The notes under the pieces were generated by a model. The model saw only the letters and a list, made by a program, of their open reading frames with translations, was not told the origin of the DNA and made no database searches. A stretch of DNA of 59,555 nucleotides from a virus (lineage: Duplodnaviria > Caudoviricetes). Where the stretch lies: positions 1 through 59,555 of IMG/VR virus record IMGVR_UViG_3300036770_007637; one strand, 5' to 3'. Made by a program: the position numbers and the translations under genes. This document shows, one piece after another, positions 57,014 to 59,555 of this stretch. Position 1 is the stretch's first letter, and each line of letters opens with the position of its first letter.

Positions 57014-57618
57014 CTCTCATAACCTTTTTTTAGTATGTCAGATGATTCTATGGTACTTTTTATCTTGGAGATTACTGTTGCATAATCTCTTTCAAGATAA
57101 AACAATGATTTCGTCAGATTTCCAAATTCAGATATAGTTCTATAGTTGCTTTCAGTGTCTAACAACAACATCTGATCTACAAATTGTTCGACTCGATACC
57201 AAGGATAAAAAACATTTTCTAACTGAGACTGGAAAAGAGACCAATGCCATATGGCTTGCATCCAATCTTTTTCTGCCTGTAAATCCCAATCACATGAACG
57301 ATCTACTGGAATCAACATGTTGGGTTTTAGTATTGATTCGTCTCGGTAAGAATGAGTGAGCCTGATATCTTGTTTGTTATCGATGCTCCAATTTTCACAG
57401 CAAGTGTTGTCTAACAATGTATGAGCATGATTCTCAGCCAGGGTCAGATCAAAAATATAGAGACTGAATCTCGATGACATCAGATCTTTGATTTTTTTGG
57501 CTATTTCCAGATCGTCGATAGTGAAAACGAATCGATCCAGGACTGGTTGATACAACCCGTAGTGCGGTTTTGCTGGATCATCTGGATAGCCGTATTCAAA
57601 AAATTTATCTGAAATCAT
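56989..57618 (-). CDS. Hypothetical protein (AT-rich)
   Basis: Start MISDKFF; overlaps the Asn-synthetase-like gene. Confidence 0.6.
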   Translation of the reverse strand: MISDKFFEYGYPDDPAKPHYGLYQPVLDRFVFTIDDLEIAKKIKDLMSSRFSLYIFDLTLAENHAHTLLDNTCCENWSIDNKQDIRLTHSYRDESILKPNMLIPVDRSCDWDLQAEKDWMQAIWHWSLFQSQLENVFYPWYRVEQFVDQMLLLDTESNYRTISEFGNLTKSLFYLERDYATVISKIKSTIESSDILKKGYESWPKKLSI

Positions 57619-57654
57619 ATATTCTATGTATAAAAGATCATGATGATCTAATAG

Positions 57655-57678
57655 AAAAACCGCCCATTGGGCGGTTTT
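57655..57678 (-). terminator. Rho-independent terminator
   Basis: AAAACCGCCCA/TGGGCGGTTTT hairpin. Confidence 0.75.
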
Positions 57679-57699
57679 CCGGAATCGATCCAAAACCAA

Positions 57700-57879
57700 T
57701 TACTTCTTGGCTTCAGCTTTCTTCTCTTCCTTCTTCACTTCTTTTTTGGCTTCTTTCTTCTCTTCCTTCTTGGCTTCTGCCTTGGCAGGAGCGGCAGGGG
57801 CTGCGGGTGCTTTGGCGGCATCGGCAGCAAAAGCCGATGTAGCAATACCCAATGCGAGGGCGGCAACTACGTTTTTCAT
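57700..57879 (-). CDS. Small exported low-complexity peptide (59 aa)
   Basis: Manually found MKNVVAALALGIATSAFA-ADAAKAPAAPAAPAKAEAKKEEKKEAKK...; own promoter and terminator. Confidence 0.75.
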   Translation of the reverse strand: MKNVVAALALGIATSAFAADAAKAPAAPAAPAKAEAKKEEKKEAKKEVKKEEKKAEAKK

Positions 57880-57961
57880 GTTTTACTCTCTTTAGAAAAA
57901 TACTGCGTTGCGCTGGGACCTTCCCAGCGTGGAGTATTTACTGGGCATATTTCTCGGCCAT

Positions 57962-57986
57962 AAAAAATCCCGGAAATTCCGGGATT
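57962..57986 (-). terminator. Terminator after pstS
   Basis: AATCCCGGAA/TTCCGGGATT plus T run. Confidence 0.7.
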
Positions 57987-58028
57987 AGTGCTGACCATTT
58001 GGCCTATTGTACGCTGTCAGCGAGCGAG

Positions 58029-59042
58029 TTACTTGTTGTTGATCTGGCTCCAAACACGCTCGCGGATCTGCTGTGTGAGGCTGTCTGGCAATGGCACATA
58101 GTCTAATTCTAGTGCAGCCTTCTTGCCGTTGCGGAATGACCAGTCAAAGAACTTCAGCACTTCTGCTGATGCTGCCTTGTCGGTAGGATCACGATACATG
58201 ATGATGAAACTGGCTGTGCTTATAGGCCAGGTATTGGCACCGGGTTGATCCACGATGGAGATACCCATGCCCGGAGTTGAAAACCAGTCTGCACCGGCAG
58301 CAGCCGCGGCAAAGGTCGTGTCATCTGGGCGTACGAACTTGCCATCTCGGTTCTGCATCTGGAAGTAAGGAAGATTGTTCTTCTTGGCATAGGCATATTC
58401 CACATAGCCGATGGCACCCTTGATTCTGGACACGTTAGCGGCCACACCTTCGTTGCCTTTACCTCCCATGGAACTTGCAGCAGGCCATTTGACAGCGGCA
58501 CCCTTACCAACCTTCTCTGCCCACAGTTTTGAACTCACAGTGAGATAGTCTGTGAAATTGAAAGTGGTTCCAGATCCGTCTGCCCGATGCACCACGGTGA
58601 TGGTCTGGTCCGGCAGCCGCTTGCCCGGATTCAAGGCAGCGATCTTGGGGTCGTTCCAGTTCACGATCCAGCCCATGAACATTTCAGCCAGCACAGCACC
58701 GGTGATGCGTAGTTCGCCCTGGGCAAAACCATCCAGATTGAAGATAGGCACTGTACCACCGATGATGGCAGGGAACTGTATCTGTCCTTTTTCTGCCAGT
58801 TTATCGCCCGCAACAGGAGCGTCAGTGGCTCCAAAGGTCACGGTCTTGCCGTTGATCTGGCGGATGCCGCCCGATGAACCGATGCTTTGATAGTTCAGGG
58901 AGACACCGGAATCTTTTTTGTACATTTCAGCCCATTTGGCGTAGATGGGATAGGGGAACGTGGCACCTGCACCAGTGATAGTCTGTGCCTGGGCAGTCAC
59001 AGCAGTGGCAGCCAGCACCGCGGCAATAATATATTTGAACAC
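58029..59042 (-). CDS. pstS: Phosphate-binding periplasmic protein
   Basis: GAGATFP, YQSIGSSGG, HRADGSGTT, GKGNEGV; AGGAG + GTG start and signal peptide. Confidence 0.95.
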   Translation of the reverse strand: MFKYIIAAVLAATAVTAQAQTITGAGATFPYPIYAKWAEMYKKDSGVSLNYQSIGSSGGIRQINGKTVTFGATDAPVAGDKLAEKGQIQFPAIIGGTVPIFNLDGFAQGELRITGAVLAEMFMGWIVNWNDPKIAALNPGKRLPDQTITVVHRADGSGTTFNFTDYLTVSSKLWAEKVGKGAAVKWPAASSMGGKGNEGVAANVSRIKGAIGYVEYAYAKKNNLPYFQMQNRDGKFVRPDDTTFAAAAAGADWFSTPGMGISIVDQPGANTWPISTASFIIMYRDPTDKAASAEVLKFFDWSFRNGKKAALELDYVPLPDSLTQQIRERVWSQINNK

Positions 59043-59084
59043 TTGAAATCTCCTATGGAAAAAGTGCGATCGCACTAGGAAATA

Positions 59085-59117
59085 CTTAGTGACAATTATA
59101 TTACAATATTATGACAC
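59085..59117 (-). promoter_or_regulatory. Pho box (three 11 bp units)
   Basis: GTGTCATaata TTGTAATataa TTGTCACtaag upstream of pstS. Confidence 0.8.
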
Positions 59118-59124
59118 GATCCTG

Positions 59125-59555
59125 TCATACGACGGGCACGAGGTGGTCTCGAAAAATTTCCCAGGCTCGCTGCCATGACCAACGCTGGCTACCTTGCCAT
59201 ACCGATCTACGATCCAACTCAATGGCCTGCTGTGTGGCCCGCCAGAGATCCGCATGCATCACGCCTGTGACGCCGGCGTCGATCACATCCAAGGGACCGG
59301 CGGCAGGATAGGCCGCCACTGGAGTGCCACAGGCCATGGCTTCGATCATGACAATGCCAAAGGTCTCCCAGCGGCTAGGGAACACGAAGGCATCTGCCAT
59401 CTGATAGTACGAGGCCAGTTCTCGCCCTGTTTGGAATCCCACGAACTCTACCGCAGGATAACGGCGTTCATACTCTGCTCGCATGGGTCCGTCCCCCACC
59501 ATGATCTTCCTGTAGCCCGGGGCGGGCATGGCCAAGAAGTCCACTAGATTCTTTT
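59125..59555 (-). CDS. GT4 (GT-B) glycosyltransferase, 5' end outside window
   Basis: VGDGP, FVFPSRWETFGIVMIEAMACGTPV. Confidence 0.9.
   Translation of the reverse strand, partial: KNLVDFLAMPAPGYRKIMVGDGPMRAEYERRYPAVEFVGFQTGRELASYYQMADAFVFPSRWETFGIVMIEAMACGTPVAAYPAAGPLDVIDAGVTGVMHADLWRATQQAIELDRRSVWQGSQRWSWQRAWEIFRDHLVPVV

Noticed and set aside
55832-57879. Lasso peptide cluster (Asn-synthetase-like cyclase plus small peptide)
   Set aside because: No B peptidase or RRE is visible, and the peptide has a Sec-type signal rather than a lasso leader.
57667-58106. Plus-strand hydrophobic ORFs
   Set aside because: Antisense readings of the low-complexity peptide gene and the terminator region.
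1-59555. Alternative genetic code (stop reassignment)
   Set aside because: Genes tile densely under code 11, and TAA, TAG and TGA all end recognisable genes.
1-59555. CRISPR array, tRNA, rRNA, integrase or transposase
   Set aside because: No regularly spaced repeats, cloverleaf or recognisable motifs seen by eye; a tRNAscan/Infernal run would be needed to exclude them fully.
46444-59555. Bacterial contamination or host flank of a prophage
   Set aside because: Phage-type TAAATA/TAAGTA motifs continue through the region, pstS lacks pstCAB, and no att site or junction is evident.

Overview
This is a 59.6 kb segment of a large tailed dsDNA phage (T4-like or jumbo type). It uses the standard genetic code, and all but two supported genes are on the minus strand. 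The host is probably a Gram-negative proteobacterium, possibly a betaproteobacterium (inferred from spanins, PstS, Tct proteins and sigma70 promoters). Left to right: a >970 aa multi-enzyme protein (nucleotidyltransferase + HExxH peptidase + amidoligase) missing from the ORF track because it runs off the edge; a ClpA/PDF/DnaJ block; a lysis cassette; PhoH, clamp loader, GroES, a stand-alone DnaE fragment and MazG; baseplate/tail genes; host-like genes (ErpA, SOD, IF-1, NadE, YccA, Hc1); an early region of promoter-gene cassettes; an ~11 kb enzyme-plus-transporter island; and pstS with a Pho box. The island encodes a radical SAM enzyme, two TctC-like proteins, TctA, a sulfotransferase-fold protein, a methyltransferase, a 2OG oxygenase, a GATase, two diiron ferritin-like proteins and an Asn-synthetase-like enzyme. 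The best candidates for new biology are that island, a recurring promoter-inside-an-RBS-blocking-hairpin design, widespread leaderless promoters, and enzymes with apparent capsid-processing signals. All family calls come from motif recognition by eye; no database search was run.
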